Shown here piece after piece: positions 1 to 6,039 of a stretch of 9,560 nt of DNA. How positions within the stretch are numbered: the stretch's first letter is position 1; each line of letters begins with the position of its first letter. Source of the DNA: a virus (taxonomy: Duplodnaviria; Heunggongvirae; Uroviricota; Caudoviricetes); the IMG/VR virus record IMGVR_UViG_2529292985_000013, positions 1-9,560 of that record. One strand, 5' to 3'. Made by a program: the position numbers and the translations under genes. The notes beneath the pieces are model-generated. The model was given only the letters and a program-made list of their open reading frames with translations, was not told the DNA's origin and ran no database searches.

Positions 1-2
1 TA

Positions 3-344
3 TTAGCCTGGGCGCTGGTGGAGCTGGTAAAGCGTCTGCCATATATCATTGAGTTGAACACCGGGCATGAAACTATCGTTATAGCCCATGCCGACTATCC
101 AGGTGGAGAGTACCAGTTCGGTAAGGATGTGTCGCTTTTTGATGTTGTCTGGTCGCGCAGTCGCGTCGGTGATTCGATAGATGGCATTGGTGGAGAAATC
201 ACAGGCGCAGATCGCTTTATCTTTGGGCACACACCGGTACGAAGACCAAAAGCATACTGGAATCAGCACTACATAGACACGGGCGCGGTTTTTTGCGGAA
301 ATCTGACGCTAATGCAGGTGAAGGGAGGGCAGCTTAAAGTCTGA
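3..344 (+). CDS. Ser/Thr protein phosphatase (PPP / calcineurin-like metallophosphatase), C-terminal part; 5' end lies upstream of the window
   Basis: Frame is open from the window edge to the stop at 342-344. Translation contains C-terminal metallophosphatase motifs (FIFGHTPV, YIDTGAVFCGNL) typical of lambda-type PPP phosphatases. P1 encodes such a phosphatase (ppp), but identity was not verified. Confidence 0.8.
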   Translation, partial: LAWALVELVKRLPYIIELNTGHETIVIAHADYPGGEYQFGKDVSLFDVVWSRSRVGDSIDGIGGEITGADRFIFGHTPVRRPKAYWNQHYIDTGAVFCGNLTLMQVKGGQLKV

Positions 345-369
345 TCAAATCATTTACGCACTCAAAATG

Positions 370-399
370 TGTTAGAACATTGATTTTAGTTTTCTAACA
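370..399. promoter_or_regulatory. Palindrome TGTTAGAA-N14-TTCTAACA in the ppp / next-gene intergenic region, overlapping -35-like TTGATT (380-385)
   Basis: Perfect 8-bp inverted arms at 370-377 and 392-399 read directly from the sequence. An 8-bp inverted repeat with a short spacer is expected about 3 times by chance in 9.5 kb, so only its position in a promoter-like AT-rich spacer supports an operator role. Confidence 0.25.
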
Positions 400-441
400 T
401 ATTATTTTACCGCTCGGAACAAAACAGAGTCGGTATACATT

Positions 442-1437
442 ATGAGTGCAATAATCACACCTCATTTCGTAAACGGAGCTGGTGTGGCTGTCTTTCCGGT
501 AGACAAGCCCACCAGCAACTACATTGGCGCAGGTCGCCGTTTCATTATCTCTCCACTTCCGCGCGAACAGGCTGAAAACACGCCAGATGGCGTAGTGGAT
601 CTGAACTATTCGCTGGTTGCCAACCAGTCTCTGAAAGCATTTTTTCAAAGCGAGCGCGTATTTAACGCATTAGGCGGTGAAGATTCGCTTGTTCATTGGG
701 TAAGTTCCAATATCCACGATTGCCAGGCGCACGATAAGCGCGATTGCAGCCACCAGCTAACCACTCATTTCTATAACGGCTCTGCCGTTCGCCTGTGCTG
801 GAAGCATGATGCGGAATACATGATGAAGGGGTACAGCAAGCTGGACGACCAGTTATCCCTGAATCGTGCCAACTGGGTTATGAACTGGGCTGCGAGCGAG
901 TTAAAACTACCGCCAGAACGCGATCTGAGTATGGTTGAACTCACTTTTTGGGCCATTCGCCGGAATCTGAAAGATGAGCTGCCAGATGAAGCCGGTCGCA
1001 TTGCATTTTGTCAGCCAAAAACTGAAATCCCTACCGGTACGCTGAAAGAATCAGATATCACCTGGGAGCACAGTACCCGCGAGCTGGTGGACATAACCGC
1101 AGAGCAGATCGTCAACCTGTCTGTAGATGAGGATTCCGGCCTGCTTTATATGCGCCGACCAAAAGCGGTCCTCGGTAAAAGCCCGGCTTATCTCCGGTTT
1201 GTGGTGTCTCGCCCGTGTGTAGGCTGCGGCGGCAAGGTTAATCACCCATTCATGTACCGCGCTCGCTCGTTAAACGAACACGACCGCTGGGCTGTTCCTC
1301 TTTGCGATGACTGCGCCAGAAGCGCAGAAAACGATGTCCGGGCATGGGAAAAAGCACATGGCATCCGCCTTTACGTAGCCGCTAACCAGCTTTTCGACTT
1401 CGCCATTGAGCGCGGAGTGATCACGTTCAATAACTGA
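442..1437 (+). CDS. Hypothetical phage protein, 331 aa, with C-terminal Cys/His-rich HNH-like zinc-finger motif
   Basis: ATG start, long uninterrupted ORF. C-terminal segment CVGCGG..NHP..NEHD..CDDC has two CxxC pairs flanking His/Asn residues as in HNH-type nuclease folds. Possible DUF968-like prophage protein (recalled, unverified). Confidence 0.75.
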   Translation: MSAIITPHFVNGAGVAVFPVDKPTSNYIGAGRRFIISPLPREQAENTPDGVVDLNYSLVANQSLKAFFQSERVFNALGGEDSLVHWVSSNIHDCQAHDKRDCSHQLTTHFYNGSAVRLCWKHDAEYMMKGYSKLDDQLSLNRANWVMNWAASELKLPPERDLSMVELTFWAIRRNLKDELPDEAGRIAFCQPKTEIPTGTLKESDITWEHSTRELVDITAEQIVNLSVDEDSGLLYMRRPKAVLGKSPAYLRFVVSRPCVGCGGKVNHPFMYRARSLNEHDRWAVPLCDDCARSAENDVRAWEKAHGIRLYVAANQLFDFAIERGVITFNN

Positions 1438-1450
1438 TGGAAACAACGCA

Positions 1451-1750
1451 ATGAGTCAAGGTAACGGTGACGGAGCTGCAAAGTGCAGAATCTCCACTTG
1501 TTTGATTAATGACAGAAAAATAGAACCGTGTGCGGCGCTGGCACAATCTCTGGAGCAGGATGCTGAATACACGACGCGAAAAGGTCTGCTGAAATACAAA
1601 ATCTATAACCATGAATTAATTCATTCACAAGAACTGATCATGCTTCGGTCAGGCGAGTTTTCTAAATCGCCGATTCGGGTTTCATTTTGCCCGTTCTGTG
1701 GTGAAAGTCTGAAAACGTGGAAAGCGGAGGCAACCAGTGAGCAAGATTGA
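1451..1750 (+). CDS. Small hypothetical protein, 99 aa, possible zinc-ribbon (C-x5-C near N-term, CPFC near C-term)
   Basis: ATG-initiated ORF 13 nt after the upstream stop. Its 3' end overlaps the next gene's GTG start by 14 nt (coupling). Confidence 0.55.
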   Translation: MSQGNGDGAAKCRISTCLINDRKIEPCAALAQSLEQDAEYTTRKGLLKYKIYNHELIHSQELIMLRSGEFSKSPIRVSFCPFCGESLKTWKAEATSEQD

Positions 1751-2384
1751 TTATCAAAAGCTTCGTGAAATCGCTGAAAAAACAAAAATTGCTGGTGAAG
1801 CACCTGTAATGCCTTTCGATCAGCGAATTAATGCGCTTAACGATTTTATGAAGCACTTTTCGCCAGATATCGCGCTGGCATTGTTGGATGAACGGGAAAG
1901 AAACCTGCAATACATCAAAAGCCGCGATCAGGAGAACGAGGATATTGCGCTAACGGTAGGGAAGCTGCGTGTTGAGCTGGAAGGCAAAGACAGCAAAATA
2001 GCCAATCTTACCGCCGAACGCGATGCTCTTCGTGAAGGTGAGATGGGCGACGCTAGGCATAGCAACACACGGGCCGCAGCTGATATCTACTTCCAACTGG
2101 TCGAGGAGTGCGAAATTCCTGCTGGCGGATCTCTGGTCGAGTACGTTGACGATATGCGCGAGAAGCTGGAAGCCGCAGAGAAGCGCATAGCAGAGTTAGA
2201 AAGTGATTCTCAGGCACAAAAGTTAGTTGAAGCAATCATTGTTGCGATAGAAAACGAACAGGAACGTCTTTTTGATGAAGATTACCTAATGGATTCGAAA
2301 GAATGCATTGACGTAATTCGTGAAGAAGTAAAGCGATGGAATGATTCCCGCACCGCTGGCATTCGCATCAAAGGAGGTGAGTAA
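1737..2384 (+). CDS. Hypothetical charged, coiled-coil-like phage protein, 215 aa
   Basis: GTG start overlapping the upstream ORF. Highly charged E/K/R/L-rich sequence with heptad-like stretches. Stop TAA 2382-2384 overlaps the ATG of the next small ORF. Confidence 0.7.
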   Translation: MSKIDYQKLREIAEKTKIAGEAPVMPFDQRINALNDFMKHFSPDIALALLDERERNLQYIKSRDQENEDIALTVGKLRVELEGKDSKIANLTAERDALREGEMGDARHSNTRAAADIYFQLVEECEIPAGGSLVEYVDDMREKLEAAEKRIAELESDSQAQKLVEAIIVAIENEQERLFDEDYLMDSKECIDVIREEVKRWNDSRTAGIRIKGGE

Positions 2385-2560
2385 TGCGTGTGGCATGTAT
2401 CGGCTTGTTACCGTACCCGACTCGCTTTTGGGCTTCTGCGCTAATTGCAAAGCCACATGTCCTGATGGCTGACAACATCATCCCGGCACCAAAGCGCCGC
2501 CATACCGGTATTGCATCGGCACGACGAGCAGCAAAGAGACGCAGGAGAGCAAAACGATGA
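2384..2560 (+). CDS. Small basic protein, 58 aa, not in the supplied ORF track (below its apparent length cutoff)
   Basis: ATG at 2384 overlaps the upstream stop (TAATG). Strong SD GGAGG at 2373-2377, 6 nt upstream. Hand translation MRVACIGLLPYPTRFWASALIAKPHVLMADNIIPAPKRRHTGIASARRAAKRRRRAKR; stop TGA 2558-2560 overlaps the next ATG (ATGA). Confidence 0.4.
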   Translation: MRVACIGLLPYPTRFWASALIAKPHVLMADNIIPAPKRRHTGIASARRAAKRRRRAKR

Positions 2561-2745
2561 AAAACCGTAAAGCAAAGATTCTGTTAGTTCGTAGAAACGC
2601 TCCTGGCGTCTGGCAGTGGGTGAGACTCAGCAACCGCCGGATGGGGTTAATGAAACATTACGGGATGATGGATTGTGGTTTTTGCAAAAAGCCCAGCGCG
2701 GCGCAAAACCGCTGGAAAAACCACTTGCGTACTAAAGGAGAGTGA
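2557..2745 (+). CDS. Small basic hypothetical protein, 62 aa
   Basis: ATG overlapping the upstream stop (ATGA), SD-like GGAGA upstream. Stop is 1 nt before the next ATG. Confidence 0.45.
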   Translation: MKNRKAKILLVRRNAPGVWQWVRLSNRRMGLMKHYGMMDCGFCKKPSAAQNRWKNHLRTKGE

Positions 2746-2746
2746 T

Positions 2747-2956
2747 ATGGCTATCGCTGCAAGTTACACCATGCATCTCTATTGTGACTGCCGTCAGTGC
2801 ACGGAAGGTGTATATCCAGTGCCAGACTTCGGTGAGTATATAGGTACGTCATGGGCTGGCTGTGCAAAAGAGGCGCGCAAGGATGGCTGGCGAATAAGCA
2901 AAGACAAAACGCGTGCTTTTGCGCCCGGGCATAAAGTTTTGAGGGTTAACAAATGA
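2747..2956 (+). CDS. Small Cys-rich hypothetical protein, 69 aa (C-x-C-x2-C ... C), possible zinc-binding
   Basis: ATG at 2747 preceded by strong SD AAGGAG (2735-2740). The longer track ORF from 2675 lacks an RBS, so the internal start is preferred. Stop overlaps the next ATG (ATGA). Confidence 0.55.
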   Translation: MAIAASYTMHLYCDCRQCTEGVYPVPDFGEYIGTSWAGCAKEARKDGWRISKDKTRAFAPGHKVLRVNK

Positions 2957-3783
2957 CCACTATAACCAAAGAGCGACTACTGACAATCAAGCAGTGGCGC
3001 GAAACATACGGACCTGGTAGCAACGTTGTACTGCCAGCAGAAGAAGCGGAAGAACTGGCGCGGATTGCGCTGACATCGCTGGAAGCAGAGCCTATTGGTG
3101 AAGTTTCAGAGAAGCAACATGGCCTTGTTATGGATGGGACGGTAGACCTTGGCGGGAAATCAACTTATCGCATCATTAAGGGAGAAAAAGCGATGAAGTT
3201 GTTGCCGTTGGGGACGAAGTTTTATACCGCACCGCCAGCGCCGATAACGCCGGAGGCCATTGAAAACGCAATTGAATACATCCGCAGTATCGCTTTTCAC
3301 ATCGATGAAGACGATTACCACGGCAAACATATTGCGTATTTCATGCGACAAGCATTGGCCTGGCTGGAAGGGCATTCATGCAGCGACGACAGACAGGGTA
3401 AAGCCGAGAATCAACCAGTACGCGGCAACCAGACTGCCGAATCCAATCGCGGTAATGAGTGGACCGGCAATCCTGATATTGATAACGCAATCATCATGCT
3501 CGACCGCATAGATACGCTGGAAAATTGCGATGATGACCGTATTGAGGCTGTTAAGGCCGTTTTGCGTAGACTGGCTGGCAACCATCCGGATTTTCCGGAT
3601 AGTTCCCAACAATCGCCCAAGAAAAGCGTAAAAACCACTCTGGAAAGAGGCTATCTTGAGGCCGCATTAAAGATTAAGCCGGGCCATACGCTAGGCGTCA
3701 TTGATGCCATGTTGGTTCATGAAATGGCGAAGGCTTTATTGCCGCTGGTGGCTGATAAAATTCCGAATAAGGCCGATATCTGA
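2953..3783 (+). CDS. Hypothetical phage protein, 276 aa
   Basis: ATG start coupled to the upstream gene; long ORF with protein-like composition. Followed immediately by a strong intrinsic terminator. Confidence 0.7.
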   Translation: MTTITKERLLTIKQWRETYGPGSNVVLPAEEAEELARIALTSLEAEPIGEVSEKQHGLVMDGTVDLGGKSTYRIIKGEKAMKLLPLGTKFYTAPPAPITPEAIENAIEYIRSIAFHIDEDDYHGKHIAYFMRQALAWLEGHSCSDDRQGKAENQPVRGNQTAESNRGNEWTGNPDIDNAIIMLDRIDTLENCDDDRIEAVKAVLRRLAGNHPDFPDSSQQSPKKSVKTTLERGYLEAALKIKPGHTLGVIDAMLVHEMAKALLPLVADKIPNKADI

Positions 3784-3793
3784 TCACCATGCT

Positions 3794-3824
3794 AAAATCC
3801 CCTCAATTCACAGAGGGGATTTTT
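3794..3824 (+). terminator. Rho-independent terminator
   Basis: Perfect 11-bp stem AAAATCCCCTC (3794-3804) / GAGGGGATTTT (3813-3823), 8-nt loop, T-run to 3824. Lies 11 nt after the stop of the 276-aa gene. The stem's 3' arm doubles as the SD for the lipoprotein gene. Confidence 0.8.
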
Positions 3825-3828
3825 GTAT

Positions 3829-4095
3829 ATGTTGCATAGAGTTTTATGGAAAAGCGTTATTGTCGGCGCGATCTTGGCTATGTCTGGGTGTGCAATGGTG
3901 CAATACAACGACGGTGAAAAGGTAAGCATCCAGTCAGATGGCTGGTATGGGCTGGATAGTCTGCAAAAAACCGCAGATAAAGCCTGTCAGCAATATGGGA
4001 AGTCTAAAGCCGTATATCAGCATAGCGCGAACGCTAATCCCCATCTCGCGCCCGGTACGGGCGTTCAGAACACCATTTGGAAATGCGAACCATAA
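3829..4095 (+). CDS. Small secreted lipoprotein, 88-aa precursor
   Basis: ATG at 3829 (track ORF begins at an upstream TTG) with SD GAGGGGA 8 nt upstream. N-terminus MLHRVLWKSVIVGAILAMSGC has a positive n-region, hydrophobic core and lipobox-like LAMSG-C (signal peptidase II site). Mature part has 3 further Cys. Confidence 0.7.
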   Translation: MLHRVLWKSVIVGAILAMSGCAMVQYNDGEKVSIQSDGWYGLDSLQKTADKACQQYGKSKAVYQHSANANPHLAPGTGVQNTIWKCEP

Positions 4096-4134
4096 TGCTG
4101 GTGGCATCTTTGTTACAAAGAGGAACACCTGCTC

Positions 4135-4485
4135 TCAATGCAGGGGATGAGATTTAACGAAATCGATCACCCTATCCTGAACTTCAGAAAGAAGGTCTTT
4201 TTCATGCGCCAGGACGTCAGGATATTGACGTTCTGGCCTTACCAGATGCCGGAGCTTCCCATTAAGCAGAATGGCCTCAGAAAACACTTTTACGCTGTGC
4301 TTTATCCCCTCTGTTTCACTTTTCAGCGTCAAAATAAAGCGCAATTGCTTATTAGCCTGATTCGGATTCAATACACGAATTTGCAGTTCGTCTATGCTGT
4401 TTCGCAATGGGATTGATGCCACCACACTGGTGCTGTCTCTGATTGTCTGAATTGAACGGCTAACATTGAGAACGTTATTGTGCAT
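4135..4485 (-). CDS. Hypothetical protein, 116 aa, opposite strand to the surrounding gene block
   Basis: ATG-initiated ORF with purine-rich first codon positions. The overlapping + strand ORF (4138..4416) translates to an F/Y/Q-rich shadow-like sequence. Weak RBS (AGG only 3 nt from ATG) and rare codons (AGA, AGG, ATA, CGA) keep confidence low. Confidence 0.4.
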   Translation of the reverse strand: MHNNVLNVSRSIQTIRDSTSVVASIPLRNSIDELQIRVLNPNQANKQLRFILTLKSETEGIKHSVKVFSEAILLNGKLRHLVRPERQYPDVLAHEKDLLSEVQDRVIDFVKSHPLH

Positions 4486-4517
4486 GTGCCTGATCCACTA
4501 ACTCCTGGAGGTTTCTT

Positions 4518-4769
4518 GTGTCAGATCGAAATATAGCAGCTAAAAGCCAGGAAGAGCGAGACAAGGTGAACGTAGACCTTGCCGCCAGCGGCGTTGCTTA
4601 CAAAGAACGGCTGAATATACCTGTGATTGCAGAGCAGGTGGCCCGTGAGCAACCGGAAAACCTGCGCGCCTATTTCATGGAACGGCTACGGCACTACCGG
4701 CAGTTAAGCCTCCAGTTGCCAAAAGGGAGCGATCCGGTGTATCAGAACGAGGATGCACCAAAAAAATAA
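4518..4769 (+). CDS. hot: Homologue of DNA polymerase III theta subunit (HolE-like; P1 Hot-like)
   Basis: GTG start with SD GGAGG 7 nt upstream. The segment [43 protein letters not shown] closely parallels E. coli HolE ([43 protein letters not shown], recalled). Confidence 0.85.
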   Translation: MSDRNIAAKSQEERDKVNVDLAASGVAYKERLNIPVIAEQVAREQPENLRAYFMERLRHYRQLSLQLPKGSDPVYQNEDAPKK

Positions 4770-4854
4770 CGGCAAGATGGGGGAGAAATGTGATTAGCCC
4801 CCAGCGTTGCGCGCCTACAAATCCCGCTTTCACAAACTATGCCTTTTCAATGTA

Positions 4855-4874
4855 TACTGTATAAATAAACAGTA
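4855..4874 (+). promoter_or_regulatory. LexA (SOS) box overlapping a sigma70-like promoter for the humD-like gene
   Basis: TACTGTATAAATAAACAGTA is a perfect CTGT-N8-ACAG SOS box, nearly identical to the E. coli umuDC operator (recalled). It overlaps -10 TATACT (4853-4858); -35-like TTCACA at 4829-4834 (18-nt spacer); 18 nt upstream of the ATG at 4893. Confidence 0.85.
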
Positions 4875-4892
4875 TCATTGAGGTAAAACGCT

Positions 4893-5282
4893 ATGGGCTT
4901 CCCTTCTCCTGCGGCGGATTATGTTGAAAGCCGAATTTCTCTTGATCAGCAACTAATCAGGCATCCATCAGCAACCTACTTCATGCGGGCAGCTGATAGC
5001 CATCACCGTGAGGGAATATTGCAGGGTGCTTTGCTGGTGGTTGATTCCTCGCTTACTCCGGTTGATGGTTCTCTGCTTGTGTGCGCTATGGAGGGTGAAT
5101 ATCGCATAAAGAGATACAGGAAGTATCCGCGCCAGCACCTGGAGGATTTAAGCACCGGGAGGAAAGAGGCGTTACCAGTGGATGACGATGGATGCACGGG
5201 GAGTAATGCTGTTTTTGGTGTGATCACTCATGTCATCAATGATGTCCGAAGTGGGGAATTTGACGATTGTCCGGTGATTTAA
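4893..5282 (+). CDS. humD: UmuD' mimic: S24 peptidase-family UmuD homologue lacking the N-terminal arm (P1 HumD-like)
   Basis: Protein begins MGFPSPAADYVE, matching E. coli UmuD from Gly25 (first residue of processed UmuD'). An in-frame TAA at 4884-4886 precludes a longer N-terminus. Ser (ADSH) and Lys (RIKR) of the UmuD dyad are retained. Confidence 0.9.
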   Translation: MGFPSPAADYVESRISLDQQLIRHPSATYFMRAADSHHREGILQGALLVVDSSLTPVDGSLLVCAMEGEYRIKRYRKYPRQHLEDLSTGRKEALPVDDDGCTGSNAVFGVITHVINDVRSGEFDDCPVI

Positions 5283-5317
5283 GCTGCAAAGTGCTGGTGC
5301 TTTATACCTGTGAAGTT

Positions 5318-5346
5318 TATAGTTGTGTACACATAACGAGTACACG
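5318..5346 (+). promoter_or_regulatory. phd-doc promoter/operator region with tandem palindromic sites
   Basis: Perfect palindrome TGTGTACACA (5324-5333) and imperfect CGAGTACACG (5337-5346), 13 bp centre to centre, next to -10-like TATAGT (5318-5323), just upstream of the phd SD. Consistent with Phd/Doc autoregulation of P1 phd-doc (recalled). Confidence 0.6.
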
Positions 5347-5354
5347 AGGTGTTT

Positions 5355-5576
5355 ATGCAATCCATTAACTTCCGTACCGCGCGCGGCAACCTTTCTGAAG
5401 TGCTCAACAATGTTGAAGCCGGGGAAGAGGTTGAAATCACCCGCAGAGGCCGAGAGCCAGCAGTAATTGTCAGCAAGGCTACTTTTGAAGCCTACAAAAA
5501 AGCGGCGCTGGATGCTGAATTTGCATCCCTGTTTGACACCCTGGACTCCACCAACAAGGAACTGGTTAACCGATAA
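5355..5576 (+). CDS. phd: Phd/YefM-family antitoxin (prevent-host-death)
   Basis: ATG at 5355 with SD GAGG 6 nt upstream (track ORF starts at an upstream GTG). The 73-aa product [56 protein letters not shown]... matches P1 Phd as I recall it. Stop TAA overlaps the doc ATG (TAATG). Confidence 0.9.
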
Positions 5577-5956
5577 TGAGGCATATATCACCGGAAGAAC
5601 TTATTGCGCTTCATGATGCGAATATAAGCCGCTACGGCGGCCTGCCGGGAATGTCAGATCCGGGTAGGGCAGAGGCCATTATCGGGAGAGTTCAGGCCAG
5701 AGTTGCCTACGAAGAGATCACCGACCTTTTCGAAGTCTCCGCCACCTACCTGGTAGCTACGGCGAGAGGGCATATATTCAATGATGCCAATAAGCGTACC
5801 GCGCTAAACAGTGCGCTGCTATTTCTACGCCGTAACGGCATACAGGTATATGATTCTCCCGTGCTGGTGGAACTTGCGGTGGGGGCCGCAACTGGTGAAA
5901 TCCCCGTATCTTCAGTAGCGGAAAAACTACGTGAATTATTTGGTTCCAATATTTGA
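5576..5956 (+). CDS. doc: Doc toxin (Fic-fold kinase, death-on-curing)
   Basis: 126 aa coupled to phd. Contains the Doc-type Fic motif [11 protein letters not shown] (HxFx[DN][AG]NKR). Length and sequence match P1 Doc as recalled. Confidence 0.9.
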
Positions 5957-5960
5957 AAAG

Positions 5961-5984
5961 AAGCCCGCTCAACCAGGCGGGCTT
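5961..5984. terminator. Hairpin between convergent transcription units (doc on +, leftward operon on -), probably bidirectional
   Basis: GC-rich 8-bp stem AAGCCCGC (5961-5968) / GCGGGCTT (5977-5984), 8-nt loop. On the - strand it is followed by CTTTTC (better U-tract); on the + strand a T-run appears only further downstream. Confidence 0.55.
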
Positions 5985-6039
5985 CCTACTATCACTCAAT
6001 GATTTTTTCTGCTGTCAGCCAGCTAATTCGGTGATGTTT

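Noticed and set aside
394-1245. Minus-strand ORFs 394..648, 771..1001, 1051..1245 inside the 331-aa gene
   Set aside because: Fully nested antisense to a long ORF with good start context; compositions (R/S/A-rich) are typical of shadow frames in GC-rich coding sequence.
3160-3638. ORFs 3160..3375 (-), 3260..3511 (+), 3376..3612 (-), 3411..3638 (-) within the 276-aa gene
   Set aside because: Nested in alternative frames of a long, coupled + strand ORF; no independent signals.
4096-4160. Short inverted repeats TCTTTGT/ACAAAGA and CCTGC/GCAGG after the lipoprotein gene, considered as a terminator
   Set aside because: Stems are only 5-7 bp, AT-rich or without a following U-tract; consistent with chance.
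4138-4416. + strand 92-aa ORF overlapping the minus-strand 116-aa ORF
   Set aside because: Translation is F/Y/Q/L-rich and shadow-like; the nearest SD-like sequence is 12 nt from the ATG. The opposite-strand frame has better coding character, so this was treated as the shadow.
4780-4806. Hairpin TGGGGG-N14-CCCCCA after hot, considered as a terminator
   Set aside because: Loop is long (14 nt) and no T-run follows; at best a weak attenuator. Not reported as a feature.
5003-5591. Minus-strand ORFs 5003..5227, 5172..5591, 5279..5476 overlapping humD-like and phd
   Set aside because: Antisense to genes with strong homology support (UmuD-like, Phd); no independent start signals.
5283-6039. Search for umuC (pol V catalytic subunit) downstream of the humD-like gene
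   Set aside because: No UmuC-sized ORF or Y-family polymerase motifs anywhere in the window; the next genes are phd-doc. Consistent with a stand-alone UmuD' mimic using host UmuC.
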